This document shows positions 8,901 through 17,489 of a stretch of 64,000 nucleotides of DNA, piece after piece. The position numbers were made by a program, and so were the translations under genes. The stretch is from Nitrosopumilus sp. (GTDB lineage: Archaea > Thermoproteota > Nitrososphaeria > Nitrososphaerales > Nitrosopumilaceae), in the NCBI GenBank assembly GCA_965204345.1, contig OZ241981.1:1728001-1792000 (forward strand). Reading direction: 5' to 3'. A model generated the notes under the pieces. The model did no database searches. It was not told where the DNA came from and saw nothing but the letters and a program-made list of their open reading frames with translations. Every line of letters starts with the position of its first letter. Position 1 is the first letter of the stretch.

Positions 8901-10966
8901 AAATGAGGAACAAAATCAGCCCAACCTTCGCTCCATGCACATGCAGGGTTCGTTGTTGGGAGACTAAAATAATGAAATCGCTCACCGATATCATCAAAAT
9001 CGCGATCACCGTTTCTATCAGTGTAACATTCACCTCTCCTAACGCCTTCTAGAGTATCTCCAATGGCTATATCGTCAATATGGTGGCCAAATTCATGTAA
9101 TATTATAAGTAGATCCAAATGATGATTCCTATCATCGTCAAGACGGATCTTGTTAGTGTGTAGATACTTAGTGTCCTGTTGCCAACCAGGTTCCCAATAT
9201 ACAGTAAGACGTGCATTATGAATACCATGATGACTAAAAAAATCACGGCCATCAGAGATCGCATTGATTATACCGGCTGCCTCTGCATTATTGCCATTCA
9301 ATTCAAAATCATACATTCTTGTATCCTGACTAAAGTTCAAAACTCCAGTAGATCGTATTTCATAAACATTTTCAGACATGTCTTGCAAAACTAAACGATT
9401 TGCGCCCCTAGAAATAATTTTGATAACTAGATCAATATTTGATGCATCAGAAGGATCATCGTTTTGGATAGAATCTATGTGATATTCTCCCCTGTTGGAT
9501 GTAAATGTGCAGGCCTCTTCACCCTCAATTGTAAGCAATACAGCAGTCTCTGTACCGTCAGATTCAGAATAATCATAGGCACAGACTTCTATCCCGTTGA
9601 CGGGTTGCGTGGTGTGGGAAAAATAAAGTGGAGCAGATACGGTGCCTTCAATGGAAAAAGTGTTGGAAGAAGAGTCTTCTTCTGCTGCTGAACCATCAGA
9701 CGTCTCCTGAGTTGCAGCTACGGGGAATGCTGGGGCAGCAGAGGCATCTGTGGGGGAGCCATATGCTGCTGCTGTTGTTGTTGCCGTTACTGCACCATCA
9801 GACATATCCTGAGGGCCAGTATATTCTGTCTCGTATCTCTCCATTATATCAGCTTTTTGCGCCTCCGTGAAATTAGAGTGACCCAAAATAATTTTTACAT
9901 CATCCAATGGAAGAGATTTATCAACAAGCCATCCAATTAAATCATCATTGACTTTGCCAATATCACTGAGAACTATCTCGCCCAAAAGTCGCAGGTGGTT
10001 GGCATATATTTGAGCTACTCTTTCCTCCGTCAAATCCTCATTAACTATCTCATCTTTGGGTCCTGGCTTATTGCCGAGTCTGCTATCTTTTTGAGGTGCA
10101 AAAGATTCAGGACTAGATTCCCTAGCTAAAATGTCGTGATCCAAAAACGTGTGTCCCTCATCCATATACTTATTTTCTGGCATAGAATGTTCATTAGATA
10201 TTGCAAGGTAGACACCGCCACTAGATTCTAAAGGATCAAAGCGCAGCGCATCAATTTCAATAAATCCCTCCTCTAGAATTTTTATAGTAACCATCACGGT
10301 ATAAGCCCTACCCGGCACGGGATCATCTACTACATATCCAATATCATTATCAAATGAATCAAAGCTGGTTGGATCATCAGAGCCGGCATTTGTTGTGGCA
10401 TTATAAAACTGAACTTTGTCATCGGGATTGGCAAATACTTTTAGTGTGAATGGTTCCATGTATGGTTCAAAATTTGTATTGTCAGTATAGACACCGGTAA
10501 AATTTACCACAGCAGTCTGACCCACCTTGGGTGATTCTGACAGGTCTAAAGAATAACTGTGTATAAGAATTCCAGGTGATGATAACATTGAAGATTCTTT
10601 GTAATCGGCAATAATCTGCTTTTCTTTGTCAGTAAATACATGCGTGTCTGTCTGGCTTGTGATCTTTTCATTTAAAGGTTCATTGGCTTTTTGGGATGTT
10701 TCTGGTGTGTATATCGTGGCATAGCTGCTGTTGCTGCTGCCCCTGTCTGCTAATTTCATGGCAGAATCACCGGTTAGGCAAACGGGATTGCCTGCAAGAG
10801 TCACCATCAAAAGCTTGCCGCCATCACACTGAATTCCATCTATTGGTATGCCTGCATGATACTGTTCCAGTGGCGAGTCCGGGGTTGCAGCATGTGCTGG
10901 CATCATCACTGCCATCATCATTACGGTAACCAAAACCAAAAATCCAGATACTGCAATTCCTGCCAT
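2984..10966 (-). CDS. Giant secreted/surface protein, copy 1: thaumarchaeal SPLxQ..C..C N-domain, HEXXH zinc metallopeptidase, MAM/beta-sandwich domain, HYR domain, ~8 Ig-like repeats, HFS-ending beta domain, poly-Gly linker, tandem C-terminal repeat
   Basis: ORF track 2984..11044; ATG 10966 preferred because it matches copy-2 start 46060. Hydrophobic signal; ILHEFGHH plus AWSEGWADF (gluzincin-like third ligand); HYR-like DTTNPVI..VTWTATDAAGN; repeated FTATF..TDxAGNxNxAS units. Confidence 0.9.
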   Translation of the reverse strand: MAGIAVSGFLVLVTVMMMAVMMPAHAATPDSPLEQYHAGIPIDGIQCDGGKLLMVTLAGNPVCLTGDSAMKLADRGSSNSSYATIYTPETSQKANEPLNEKITSQTDTHVFTDKEKQIIADYKESSMLSSPGILIHSYSLDLSESPKVGQTAVVNFTGVYTDNTNFEPYMEPFTLKVFANPDDKVQFYNATTNAGSDDPTSFDSFDNDIGYVVDDPVPGRAYTVMVTIKILEEGFIEIDALRFDPLESSGGVYLAISNEHSMPENKYMDEGHTFLDHDILARESSPESFAPQKDSRLGNKPGPKDEIVNEDLTEERVAQIYANHLRLLGEIVLSDIGKVNDDLIGWLVDKSLPLDDVKIILGHSNFTEAQKADIMERYETEYTGPQDMSDGAVTATTTAAAYGSPTDASAAPAFPVAATQETSDGSAAEEDSSSNTFSIEGTVSAPLYFSHTTQPVNGIEVCAYDYSESDGTETAVLLTIEGEEACTFTSNRGEYHIDSIQNDDPSDASNIDLVIKIISRGANRLVLQDMSENVYEIRSTGVLNFSQDTRMYDFELNGNNAEAAGIINAISDGRDFFSHHGIHNARLTVYWEPGWQQDTKYLHTNKIRLDDDRNHHLDLLIILHEFGHHIDDIAIGDTLEGVRRGECYTDRNGDRDFDDIGERFHYFSLPTTNPACAWSEGWADFVPHLVTNSSLGRDTVFNTNLERHRESIFLAQPTHTGSLNGPLYGQLVEGRVAAALWDIKDHNVDRIHDNLEYSRNGNNLDNLQLGDDEIMDVIRNNPIGTFEDFYKAWERAGYDSSYDIMRLHHMEFAIPNVPTPSSNIMTDSFDTFNNWFLGAYWQEFDPRFPLDFNPWFYAGRGNWEIAPDEDNPSNMLASSQNCDIRCIMTLNLPLDTEGRLEVSFNRYLDSRLDGREGLYVQYLTDSGWVTLRAYTGIRDANDMWVSESLILSIPQSHTLLRFVALSNANGEFVRIDDLNIEPFVNPLMIEPIDDIHLRQGQGYTLTVPYPPDVDNVPVILIFPSEESAPTALTRPNGDGTVSYIIRTDHLPAGTYPITLTARSGPYTATETFRIIITSDDDNTGPPDTTNPVIIAPADLTVEATGILTPVNIGTATATDNADPSPAITNDAPDNFPLGPTIVTWTATDAAGNTATATQTITVQDTTPPSSSVTSLNTDVTDPTNSEAIQFTATFSSGVTGFIADDIVVTIDGVTATPPGNLITTFAGTGAEYTFTVTHGITTEGLLTVTIPADVAAEGNTASNTSTLTVDRISPGVTITPVDGTTTGDDPVTFTATFTEDVRGLVLGDITVRGTANNRSPAASNLLGSGSTYTFDVARGVTDGTVTASIGAGDVTDFAGNPNTASAPVTVTIDTTVPSVSLSTSASDPTNSEAIQFTATFDGNVTQFIRDDIVVTIDGTETPGLISAFAGTGAEYTFTVTHGITTGGQLTVTIPADVTAEGNTASNTSTFTVDRISPGVTITPDDGTTTNDDPVTFTATFTEDVVFNLDDITVTGTANGGSPVADNLGGSGSTYTFDVARGVTDGTVTASIAANALTDAAGNNNEASNSVTVTIDTIPLAVSVTTTADDFTNLTTVLFTATFNKDVDFNLDDITVTGTANATNPEASNVQSVNARIYNFEVLRGTTDGTVTASIAANALTDAAGNNNEASNSVTVTIDTLAPTVSVTSSAGSSTGLDTVPFRIEFNDDVRNFELEDITVEGTANGGTLTASGFETVNARIYNFNVAGISGDGTVIVSIAANVATDFAGNNNTASTPVTVTIDTTVPSVSLSTDVTDPTNSEAIEFTATFDGDVTQFIRDDIVVTIDGTDTSGLISAFAGTGADYTFTVTHGITTGGLLTVTIPAGVAAGGNTASNTSTFTVDMVDPTVTITPDDGTTTNDDPVTFTATFDEDIENFDLEDITVTGTANGGTPTASNINGEGSVYTFNVARGSTDGTVTVSIGAGMAADLAGNPNEASDLVTITISTTGDEIEADIPSGGDGGVVTYEPSSNLITLNVVSDTLPDTIIATDGQLLDFSATPTFADDAASGVKSVRISDSTTEVITDVSDSQTVSVTYPAGIVVNGSSNDWSGTIAVPTLVTAGTAVDPPTPNDEIGLAFSVGDGNTRLTFDQAVRLLLPGQADHEGAFFSGEDTDGNVVSRSLVVCPFVPVNQTTANDNIGAGTALESCFVRDAPDMIIWTTHFSSFGSFSTVPVEPTPSTPSSSRSGGGGGGGGGGGGGGGGGGGGGGGGASSFSGSSVANNASGAVLYDVQWDVCEANTINVIAGPVTDNLSVKLRTNAGIITAERSDEQPYLGRISFDAGLSPNESFVRVHVENIAARGVSTDSKSFNLTECSGSVSVNTYELSSSPVITGGSAAVTPDLSSKKVDFSDDIIMPGPTQVQTPDLVREFINDFADITNVNTGMKLTEFQTLQSNPDRYAETVLGISGQTVTTVALVDRPGSEESNNNNNNNNSPNLFLQISSSDEQINSMRGVLLGGDTIEIVAGDKSKITVPTSAEIAIASGDANVAVSQKSSMKINDKSTQTDLPDVLREFLNTNIEFTNEDTGEALTQYVVLQSVPDVFAERELGIPGQTVTTIAFPDRYGREDSNDDLNVFVQFTHTDEQVNSLRGIQQGGNAISVSTNGAEQGTLTQTVEIPLG
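3548..3572. repeat. (TTG)n microsatellite encoding poly-Asn; shorter and interrupted in copy 2 (~38609-38627)
   Basis: Run of gtt units; protein SNNNNNNNNSP in copy 1 versus SSNSNNNSP in copy 2. Confidence 0.8.
4217..4288. repeat. (ACCGCC)12 hexanucleotide repeat encoding a 24-Gly linker
   Basis: Perfect alternating GGC/GGT codons on the minus strand, 72 bp. Confidence 0.95.
5030..7460 (-). repeat. Intragenic array of ~100-aa Thr/Asp-rich bacterial Ig-like domains with long near-identical DNA blocks
   Basis: Recurring TDPTNSEAIxFTATF, VTHGITT, DDPVTFTATF and TDAAGNNNEASNSVTVTID blocks. Boundaries approximate. Confidence 0.85.
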
Positions 10967-11012
10967 AGATAGTATGTGTGGGATGCTTGTTCTTAAAAAA
11001 TGATTTGTAGAG

Positions 11013-11054
11013 GTTCTGGTAAATTTTGGTGTTCCATGCCACAAATCACAAATC
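11013..11054. repeat. 42-bp core of the shared upstream element; marks the right edge of module copy 1
   Basis: GTTCTGGTAAATTTTGGTGTTCCATGCCACAAATCACAAATC, 39/42 identical to 2741-2782; similarity stops abruptly at 11054. Confidence 0.85.
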
Positions 11055-11082
11055 GTTTATTTATTCATCAATTGTTTTCTAA

Positions 11083-11541
11083 ATGTTGTGGAAACTAGAA
11101 TCAGACGAGGATTTTTTTCGAATATACGATTCAAAAAAACTGGTTGCAGGATATTTTGATCCTGACTATGGTGATATTTTTTCCAAAAAGAATTCTGAGG
11201 AAATAATTTCATCCATGCTGAAGAACCGTGATAAGGTTCCGGGTGGGATAGTTATGGTTCCCCTTGTCAAATTTAATCTGTTTGATACTGATTTAAACAC
11301 CGGCTTGGATAATGTTGAATCTCAAGTATCTAGGGTACATGAGCACTTGCAAAAATGGAGAGTTTTTCTATCAGAGACACATCATCAAACCCACTCAATT
11401 AGGATTTCTCATACTGATCAAGACATGCTCACCATCGCATTTCCTATAAAATTTTCAAAACCTACCCCCCTTGAGAAGACATCCTTGATGGACGAACTTT
11501 TTACAATTTTGGAAACACTACAGCAGTCTGATTTGTTATAA
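11083..11541 (+). CDS. Hypothetical protein
   Basis: 152-aa ATG ORF with core-like composition; no motif recognised. Confidence 0.7.
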   Translation: MLWKLESDEDFFRIYDSKKLVAGYFDPDYGDIFSKKNSEEIISSMLKNRDKVPGGIVMVPLVKFNLFDTDLNTGLDNVESQVSRVHEHLQKWRVFLSETHHQTHSIRISHTDQDMLTIAFPIKFSKPTPLEKTSLMDELFTILETLQQSDLL

Positions 11542-11553
11542 CCTGATATTCAC

Positions 11554-12243
11554 TTATGGCATGTGGTCTTTTTCCCATTTTTCTGCGTCATTTACACAGT
11601 TGAACCATTGAATCTCTATCTGCTCTGTATCAAATTCCCCTGCATTGTTTTTAAATTCCAAATCACATTCCTGTTTCATGTTGTTTGAAATTTGAAGTAC
11701 TTTTTGCCTGATAATTTTATCTGGCTCTGAAAATTTCTCATCTTCGTCATAATTCTTTATGCCCTTTTTGGCTAGCTGAAATTCTCCCAATCCTAGATTC
11801 TCATACTCGTATGCTTCTTGAATTTGTGCATCTGATCTTATTTTTGCTGATTCATCGCCTGTCGCAATCCATTTAATCCATTCAATGTCGCTTTTCATTT
11901 GGGTTTGAGATGAAAGCTTGAACAGATCTACTGCGCCTTGAAATGTTTCTGGCGGGGTCAAGTCGTCGTATCTTGAAATTATTCTTTCAAATTCCTTCAA
12001 GTGAGTCTCATAATATTCTAGCAACTCTTCCTTTGAAATATCCCCCTCATCTAACTTAATTTTCTCAGAATAGAACCTTGTTTGCAGCTCTATTACCTCT
12101 TGCTGAATTTGTGACAATTCGTTTCCAAACTGCAATCCTTTCTGTTTGGTCTGATCAACTGAATAATTGTACGCTATAATTGATCCAATGATAAGGGTGG
12201 CAACTACTATAATGACGATGTTTTGAACTTTATTTTTTTTCAA
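11554..12243 (-). CDS. Hypothetical membrane-anchored helical protein
   Basis: N-terminal TM segment (IVIIVVATLIIGSIIAY) followed by an acidic helical domain; overlaps the upstream ORF by 4 nt. Confidence 0.8.
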   Translation of the reverse strand: MKKNKVQNIVIIVVATLIIGSIIAYNYSVDQTKQKGLQFGNELSQIQQEVIELQTRFYSEKIKLDEGDISKEELLEYYETHLKEFERIISRYDDLTPPETFQGAVDLFKLSSQTQMKSDIEWIKWIATGDESAKIRSDAQIQEAYEYENLGLGEFQLAKKGIKNYDEDEKFSEPDKIIRQKVLQISNNMKQECDLEFKNNAGEFDTEQIEIQWFNCVNDAEKWEKDHMP

Positions 12244-12530
12244 AGATAATCTACGTAATTTCCATTCTCATCTAATTTTAATTCAATTGTGAACTCTGTA
12301 CCGCTGATAAATGAGTCATTGCGCGTTGTTCTCACTCTGCCTATGACCAGCTCATATGGCCAAATTTCTACTACTATTGCGCCCACAGATGCTGTGGGAG
12401 TTTCAGTGATGGTCATGTCTTTACGCTTTATTCCGTGTTTTTCTAACATGTGTATGGCGTGATCCAACAACGGCTCTGGATTATTGTAATTTAATACCCA
12501 AACAGTTCCTTCATAGTCAATCTTTTGCAA
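12240..12530 (-). CDS. Hypothetical protein
   Basis: 96-aa ORF in operon-like arrangement with neighbours. Confidence 0.7.
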   Translation of the reverse strand: MQKIDYEGTVWVLNYNNPEPLLDHAIHMLEKHGIKRKDMTITETPTASVGAIVVEIWPYELVIGRVRTTRNDSFISGTEFTIELKLDENGNYVDYL

Positions 12531-12562
12531 TTTGACACAGTCCTGATTTACTCATATAACAA

Positions 12563-12796
12563 TTATTCGGGATTTATGACATTTAACGTCATGGTGCTTA
12601 CTACTCTTGAGAGTTTTCTAATGGATGCAATCACCTTTTCAAATCCTTCCTGGCTTTCTGCCTGAATTTCTGCAATTACATCATATGCTCCAAAAGTAAG
12701 ATATGCGTTACTGATATCTTCCACCTGCCTTAACTTCTCTACGATGTATTCTTCTGCTCCTAGGTCACAATTTAATAAAATAAATCCTTTATGCAT
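12563..12796 (-). CDS. Lrp/AsnC ligand-binding (RAM) domain protein
   Basis: GFILLNC..E..V..L.....AYLTFGAYDVIAEI..IRKL..V.ST.TL signature. Confidence 0.85.
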   Translation of the reverse strand: MHKGFILLNCDLGAEEYIVEKLRQVEDISNAYLTFGAYDVIAEIQAESQEGFEKVIASIRKLSRVVSTMTLNVINPE

Positions 12797-12846
12797 TACT
12801 TTACCTTAATTAATTAACAGGGTTCAAGTCTTTAAGTTTTACACTA

Positions 12847-14175
12847 TTACCATCTGCTACGTCCACCGTAGCTGTTTCTGCTGCCCTCTCTATCCCCGTA
12901 TCTTTTTCGTCCACCCCCGCCTCCTCTGCTATCCCTTGGGTTTCGGCCTCTTTCTGATCTTCCATATCTGCTGGAGCGGCCTCCTCTTGAGTAGTTGGAT
13001 CTTGACTGTCCGCCGTATCTTCTTGATGGCGTCTGCCTTTTTAGCGGATCTGGAATTGAAATCTGAATTCCCATCTCCTGGTTCAAATCTTTAATTGGCA
13101 CCTTGATTTGACGCTTGACTAAATTCCAATCGCCTACTGATGAATATGAAACAAACGTTATTGCCCTTCCTTTTGCCCCTGCTCTTGCAGTCCTTCCAAT
13201 TCTGTGAAAGTATGCCATCTCCTGATTGGGTACGTCATAATTTACCACTAATTCCACCCTTGGAACGTCAATTCCTCTTGACGCTACATCTGTTGCAACG
13301 AGGATATCTGCCTTGCCACTTCTAAATTTGCCCATGGACTGCTCCCTTCTGTGCTGTGACATGTCTCCTTCAATGGCCACTGCATTGAATTTTTCTTGAT
13401 GCAAGAACTTTGCAACATCTCTTGTTCTATATTTTGTTGAACAAAATACAATGGACTGTCCTTTGATGGGCTTTATGAAGTCAATCAGATACTTGAATTT
13501 GTCTCTGTCTTTGATTACCAGATATGACTGGTCTATTCCCTCCCCGCTGAGATCGTCTGCATCCAGCAGAAACTGTTTTGGGTTATTGAGATACTCTTCT
13601 GACAGCCTTAAGATTTCAGTTGGCATTGTTGCTGAAAACAGTGACATTATTCTGTCTTCTGGGGCCAAATCCAAAATGAATGAAATGTCATCCACAAATC
13701 CCATGTCTAACATGGTATCTGCCTCATCAAGAACAATATGTGAAATGTCCCCAAGTTCAATCGAGCCCCTCTTGAGATGGTCAATTAGCCTACCTGGAGT
13801 TGCGACAACAATTTCTACGCCCCTGTGAAGGGCATCAAGCTGAATTCCCATTCCCTGTCCGCCGTAGACTGTTGCTATTCTAATCCCCGTATGCTTTCCA
13901 AATTTTTTAATTTCATCAGTAATTTGCATTGCCAGTTCTCTTGTAGGTGCCATGATCAATCCCTGAATTCCTTGCTTTGGCTGAATTTCTTGCAGCATTG
14001 ATAGTGCAAACGCTGCTGTTTTTCCAGAACCCGTATGGGCCTGTCCCACTACGTCCCTGCCTGAAAGCAGCACTGGAATTACCGCTTCTTGAATTGGAAA
14101 TGCCTCTTCAAAACCCTGATCCGCAATTCCTTTCAGCACCTCGTCGCTTAATCCTAAATCTTGAAATTTTGTCAT
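12847..14175 (-). CDS. DEAD-box ATP-dependent RNA helicase with RG-rich C-tail
   Basis: Q-motif, AHTGSGKT, PTRELA, TPGRL, DEAD, SAT, HRIGRTAR. Confidence 0.97.
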   Translation of the reverse strand: MTKFQDLGLSDEVLKGIADQGFEEAFPIQEAVIPVLLSGRDVVGQAHTGSGKTAAFALSMLQEIQPKQGIQGLIMAPTRELAMQITDEIKKFGKHTGIRIATVYGGQGMGIQLDALHRGVEIVVATPGRLIDHLKRGSIELGDISHIVLDEADTMLDMGFVDDISFILDLAPEDRIMSLFSATMPTEILRLSEEYLNNPKQFLLDADDLSGEGIDQSYLVIKDRDKFKYLIDFIKPIKGQSIVFCSTKYRTRDVAKFLHQEKFNAVAIEGDMSQHRREQSMGKFRSGKADILVATDVASRGIDVPRVELVVNYDVPNQEMAYFHRIGRTARAGAKGRAITFVSYSSVGDWNLVKRQIKVPIKDLNQEMGIQISIPDPLKRQTPSRRYGGQSRSNYSRGGRSSRYGRSERGRNPRDSRGGGGGRKRYGDREGSRNSYGGRSRW

Positions 14176-14276
14176 TTTGTTTTCTTCTCTTAAGCAATGA
14201 CGAAAAAGCTCACTGCCTACTCGTCATTATTATGATGCTTAGCCTTGATTTTGGTCTAATAAACGCTTGTTATTCT

Positions 14277-15086
14277 TTATGTATCCAGTTGGGCATCGAT
14301 CACTTTTTTGAAGCTATCAAATGGCTGGGCTCCCTTTAACTCTACAAATCCTATCTGCTCGTTTCCTACAAAGAATCCCGGGGTGCCTGTTACTCCGTAC
14401 TTTCTGCCATCATCGAGATCCTCGCTGATCTCCTCAATGTATTTTCCACTGGTCAAGCAGGAATCAAATGTATCTTGATCTAATTGCATATTTGCAGCAT
14501 ATTGACTGAACAATGACAAGGCATCAGCTGTTTCTATTCTGTTCCATTCGTTTTGTTTTTCAAATAACGCATCGTGCATTTCTTTGAACTTCCCTTGCTC
14601 GTTTGCACATTCTGCTGCAACTGATGCCGGCAGTGCGTTTGGATGGATGCTTTGTATTGGAAAGTCTTTGAATACTAGTTTGACTTTTCCTTCTTTTATG
14701 TATTCGTCCATAATTGATGGCAGAGTTTGAGTGTGGAACCTTGCGCAAAACGGACATTGAAAGTCTGAAAATTCTATGATTGTGATTGGCGCACTTGGAT
14801 CTCCTATGATTGGATCATCATCACCTATGGAAATTTTTACCGGTTCTGCTGGTTGGTTTGTTGGCAGTTGATTCTGCAATAGCTTGAGTTCCAGTTTGGC
14901 CATTGCATCATTGAAATCCTCCTTGGAAATTTGTTCAGAATTTAGATTTGTTGAATATGACCCTGCAAAGAAAGCAGTAATTCCTACCAGCACGATTAAT
15001 CCTATAATTAATCCATTAAAGGTTGATTTCTTTACTGATATCTTTTCATGGGCGTTTTGATTGGTCTCAGAATCATCCAAACTCAT
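14277..15086 (-). CDS. Membrane-anchored DsbA-family thioredoxin-fold oxidoreductase
   Basis: EFSDFQCPFC, GVTGTPGF, GAQPF motifs; N-terminal TM. Confidence 0.93.
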   Translation of the reverse strand: MSLDDSETNQNAHEKISVKKSTFNGLIIGLIVLVGITAFFAGSYSTNLNSEQISKEDFNDAMAKLELKLLQNQLPTNQPAEPVKISIGDDDPIIGDPSAPITIIEFSDFQCPFCARFHTQTLPSIMDEYIKEGKVKLVFKDFPIQSIHPNALPASVAAECANEQGKFKEMHDALFEKQNEWNRIETADALSLFSQYAANMQLDQDTFDSCLTSGKYIEEISEDLDDGRKYGVTGTPGFFVGNEQIGFVELKGAQPFDSFKKVIDAQLDT

Positions 15087-15165
15087 TTCTCTTTATTGAA
15101 AATTTGGCATACTTATTCGTATTGCCAAATCCTTGGCTGTCGCTTTATTTTTAGAAGATAATAAA

Positions 15166-15239
15166 AGCCAATGACGGGATCTGAACCCATGACCTATTGA
15201 TTACAAGTCAATTGCTCTACCAGGCTGAGCTACATTGGC
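15166..15239 (-). tRNA. tRNA-Thr(TGT)
   Basis: Reverse complement GCCAATGTAGCTCAGCCTGGTAGAGCAATTGACTTGTAATCAATAGGTCATGGGTTCAGATCCCGTCATTGGC folds as a cloverleaf; anticodon loop CTTGTAA. Confidence 0.95.
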
Positions 15240-15363
15240 ACGAAATAAAATGCCTTTTTTGAAGGTTTAAAGTGTTACCTGTGGGCTGATTGAAAACTAT
15301 TTTTTTTATCAAAATTCACCAAATTTACCGTCAGTTTATAATATTGCACTTTTGATAACTGAT

Positions 15364-15588
15364 ATGCGCTATATCGAACCAACCCGAGTTAAGGTTTTGA
15401 TGATGATGTTTTTTGCAACCGGTTCCATTGGCATTGTCATTGGATTGTCCCCGGTTGCAGGACCTCAGCAGACTCTGATTATCACTTTTATGGGTGTTAT
15501 CAATATAGGATTGGGTGCATTTTTCACGTTCCTCTTTCTGACACAAGTTCAGAAAGTCCCTGATAAGAGAAAGAAAAAGAAAAAATGA
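15364..15588 (+). CDS. Small two-TM membrane protein
   Basis: MRYIEPTRVKVLMMMFF..., two hydrophobic segments, poly-Lys tail. Confidence 0.75.
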   Translation: MRYIEPTRVKVLMMMFFATGSIGIVIGLSPVAGPQQTLIITFMGVINIGLGAFFTFLFLTQVQKVPDKRKKKKK

Positions 15589-15677
15589 CCCAATAATCTC
15601 TCTTGTTGGCCTATCTGATTCTTGCAAATATTTCTCAATTAAAGTATAAATAATAATTCTCTTTCATCAACTCAGAA

Positions 15678-16229
15678 ATGCTAGATTTAGTTGCAAAAAG
15701 TCTGTTTCTCACAAAAGGCAAGGGGGTACATGAGGATCGATTAACCAGCTTTGAGTATGCCTTACGGGATGCCGGTATTGCGGGAACCAACCTTGTCTTA
15801 ATTTCAAGTATTTTCCCTCCCCATGCAAAACTTGTTTCTAGAAAGGAAGGGTTAAAGAAAATCTCTCCTGGGCAAATTCTGTTTACGATTTATTCAAAAA
15901 ATCAGACAAATGAACCTCACCGGGTATGCTCTGCATCTGTAGGCCTTGCACAGCCCAAAGACACTAAAAGATATGGATACCTGTCTGAATACGAGTCTTT
16001 TGGACAAAATGAAAATCAGGCCGGTGACTATGCTGAGGATATTGCAGCACAAATGCTTGCATCCTCTCTAGGCATTCCTTTTGATGCTGATAAGGCTTGG
16101 AATGAAAAAAGGCAACAGTGGTCAATATCCGGTGAGATCTACAATACCCATAACATTACTCAAGCTACCAAGGGTGACAAAGATGGCAAGTGGACAACTG
16201 TTTTTGCCGCAGCTGTGCTCTTGTTGTGA
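15678..16229 (+). CDS. pdaD: Pyruvoyl-dependent arginine decarboxylase
   Basis: LTSFEYALRDAGIA..NLV.ISSIFP (Ser-Ser pyruvoyl site); YGYLSEY; WTTVFAAAV. Confidence 0.92.
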   Translation: MLDLVAKSLFLTKGKGVHEDRLTSFEYALRDAGIAGTNLVLISSIFPPHAKLVSRKEGLKKISPGQILFTIYSKNQTNEPHRVCSASVGLAQPKDTKRYGYLSEYESFGQNENQAGDYAEDIAAQMLASSLGIPFDADKAWNEKRQQWSISGEIYNTHNITQATKGDKDGKWTTVFAAAVLLL

Positions 16230-17378
16230 TTATTTTTTGTATCCCTTAAGATAAAACAATGCTGCTGCAATTGCAACTATTGTAATTATCACTACAACCA
16301 TTATTGATTCATCAAATTTTATCTGCGGAGTTTGCAACTGTGTTCCCCCCAAAGAAAACTCTAAATCTTTGCTATTTACTGTGGTTTCTTCTCCAAAAAT
16401 GTATTTTCCCTGAATTTTCTGTCCCTCTTCAGGATCAAAGACCCATCCCTGTCTTGTAATGTCTGTTGGAATTTTTTCGCCGTCTATAATTTGCGTTTGA
16501 ATTATGTTTCCCTTTACATCTGAGACATTCGTGTCCTCAGACGATAATATGACAACTTGAATTATTGAGTTTAATGGATAAAATCCTGAAGAAAAATACT
16601 CTGATCTTTCCATGCTCTCAACTTTGAGAAATTCTAATGGACTAACGTTTAAAATTTCAGGCGCCTTGTTTGGATAGTCTACTGATAATTTTAGCTGTAA
16701 AAGTGATTTTGAGCCTGTTGGTATTACTGAAAACGTCATTTTGGCATTTTCATCAGTTGATAAATTCTTAGCTATGCTGTAAAAACCGCCCTTATCCCTG
16801 ATTACTTTTGGTATGAGTATGCTGGAAATTTTTTCATACATTGAATCTGTATCTTCCATTGGCAACGTGTATACTGCCGAAACCATTCCTCTGCCTGATA
16901 CTAGTCCTGTGGTGTCCAATGCAACATTAGTTCTATCATCACTATGCACAAAAACTGAGTGAAATTCCGCACTGGTATCTAATGCCTGATTTATTTCATC
17001 AATGTACAAATCAGCCATTTCTTTTGTAGAGTCTTGGATTGCTCTGATCTCGTTTAATCCCAGATCTCTCTCCACATTAATCATTACGCATGATTCGTCA
17101 ATTACTCCTAGAACACACTGATCCTGATTTGTAAAAACCACTGCCTTGATTCTGTCATTTTCTCTAATTTTCTTTTCTAGCTCCGCTGGAATTTTAATTT
17201 CTTGAACGCTTGTACTTTGCAATGTTATTGATGCTATTACATTTTGTGATATGCTTTTATCAATAATAATTTGGGCTGATTCCTGGAATGTTGCATGGCC
17301 TATTTCCTGTGAATATGCAACACCTGTTGTAACTGCCATTAGCACAACTAGTGTAAGATACATTGCAATCTTTTGCAT
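16230..17378 (-). CDS. Hypothetical exported protein with C-terminal membrane anchor
   Basis: Signal MQKIAMYLTLVVLMAVTTGVAYSQ; C-terminal TM followed by KGYKK. ORF track starts at 17444. Confidence 0.8.
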   Translation of the reverse strand: MQKIAMYLTLVVLMAVTTGVAYSQEIGHATFQESAQIIIDKSISQNVIASITLQSTSVQEIKIPAELEKKIRENDRIKAVVFTNQDQCVLGVIDESCVMINVERDLGLNEIRAIQDSTKEMADLYIDEINQALDTSAEFHSVFVHSDDRTNVALDTTGLVSGRGMVSAVYTLPMEDTDSMYEKISSILIPKVIRDKGGFYSIAKNLSTDENAKMTFSVIPTGSKSLLQLKLSVDYPNKAPEILNVSPLEFLKVESMERSEYFSSGFYPLNSIIQVVILSSEDTNVSDVKGNIIQTQIIDGEKIPTDITRQGWVFDPEEGQKIQGKYIFGEETTVNSKDLEFSLGGTQLQTPQIKFDESIMVVVIITIVAIAAALFYLKGYKK

Positions 17379-17489
17379 AGATTGATTCTCTGAAGATGAA
17401 ATTATTAAATTTATTCCTCTTCTCAAATTCTTTGCTTGGATCATTTTTTTTAATTTCTTACCAAAAACAGATGCTCTTATAACTAATAT

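Noticed and set aside
10967-11044. ORF-track start of the giant gene at 11044
   Set aside because: The extension overlaps the non-coding element and a TATA-like tract, and the same frame is closed in copy 2; ATG 10966 is preferred.
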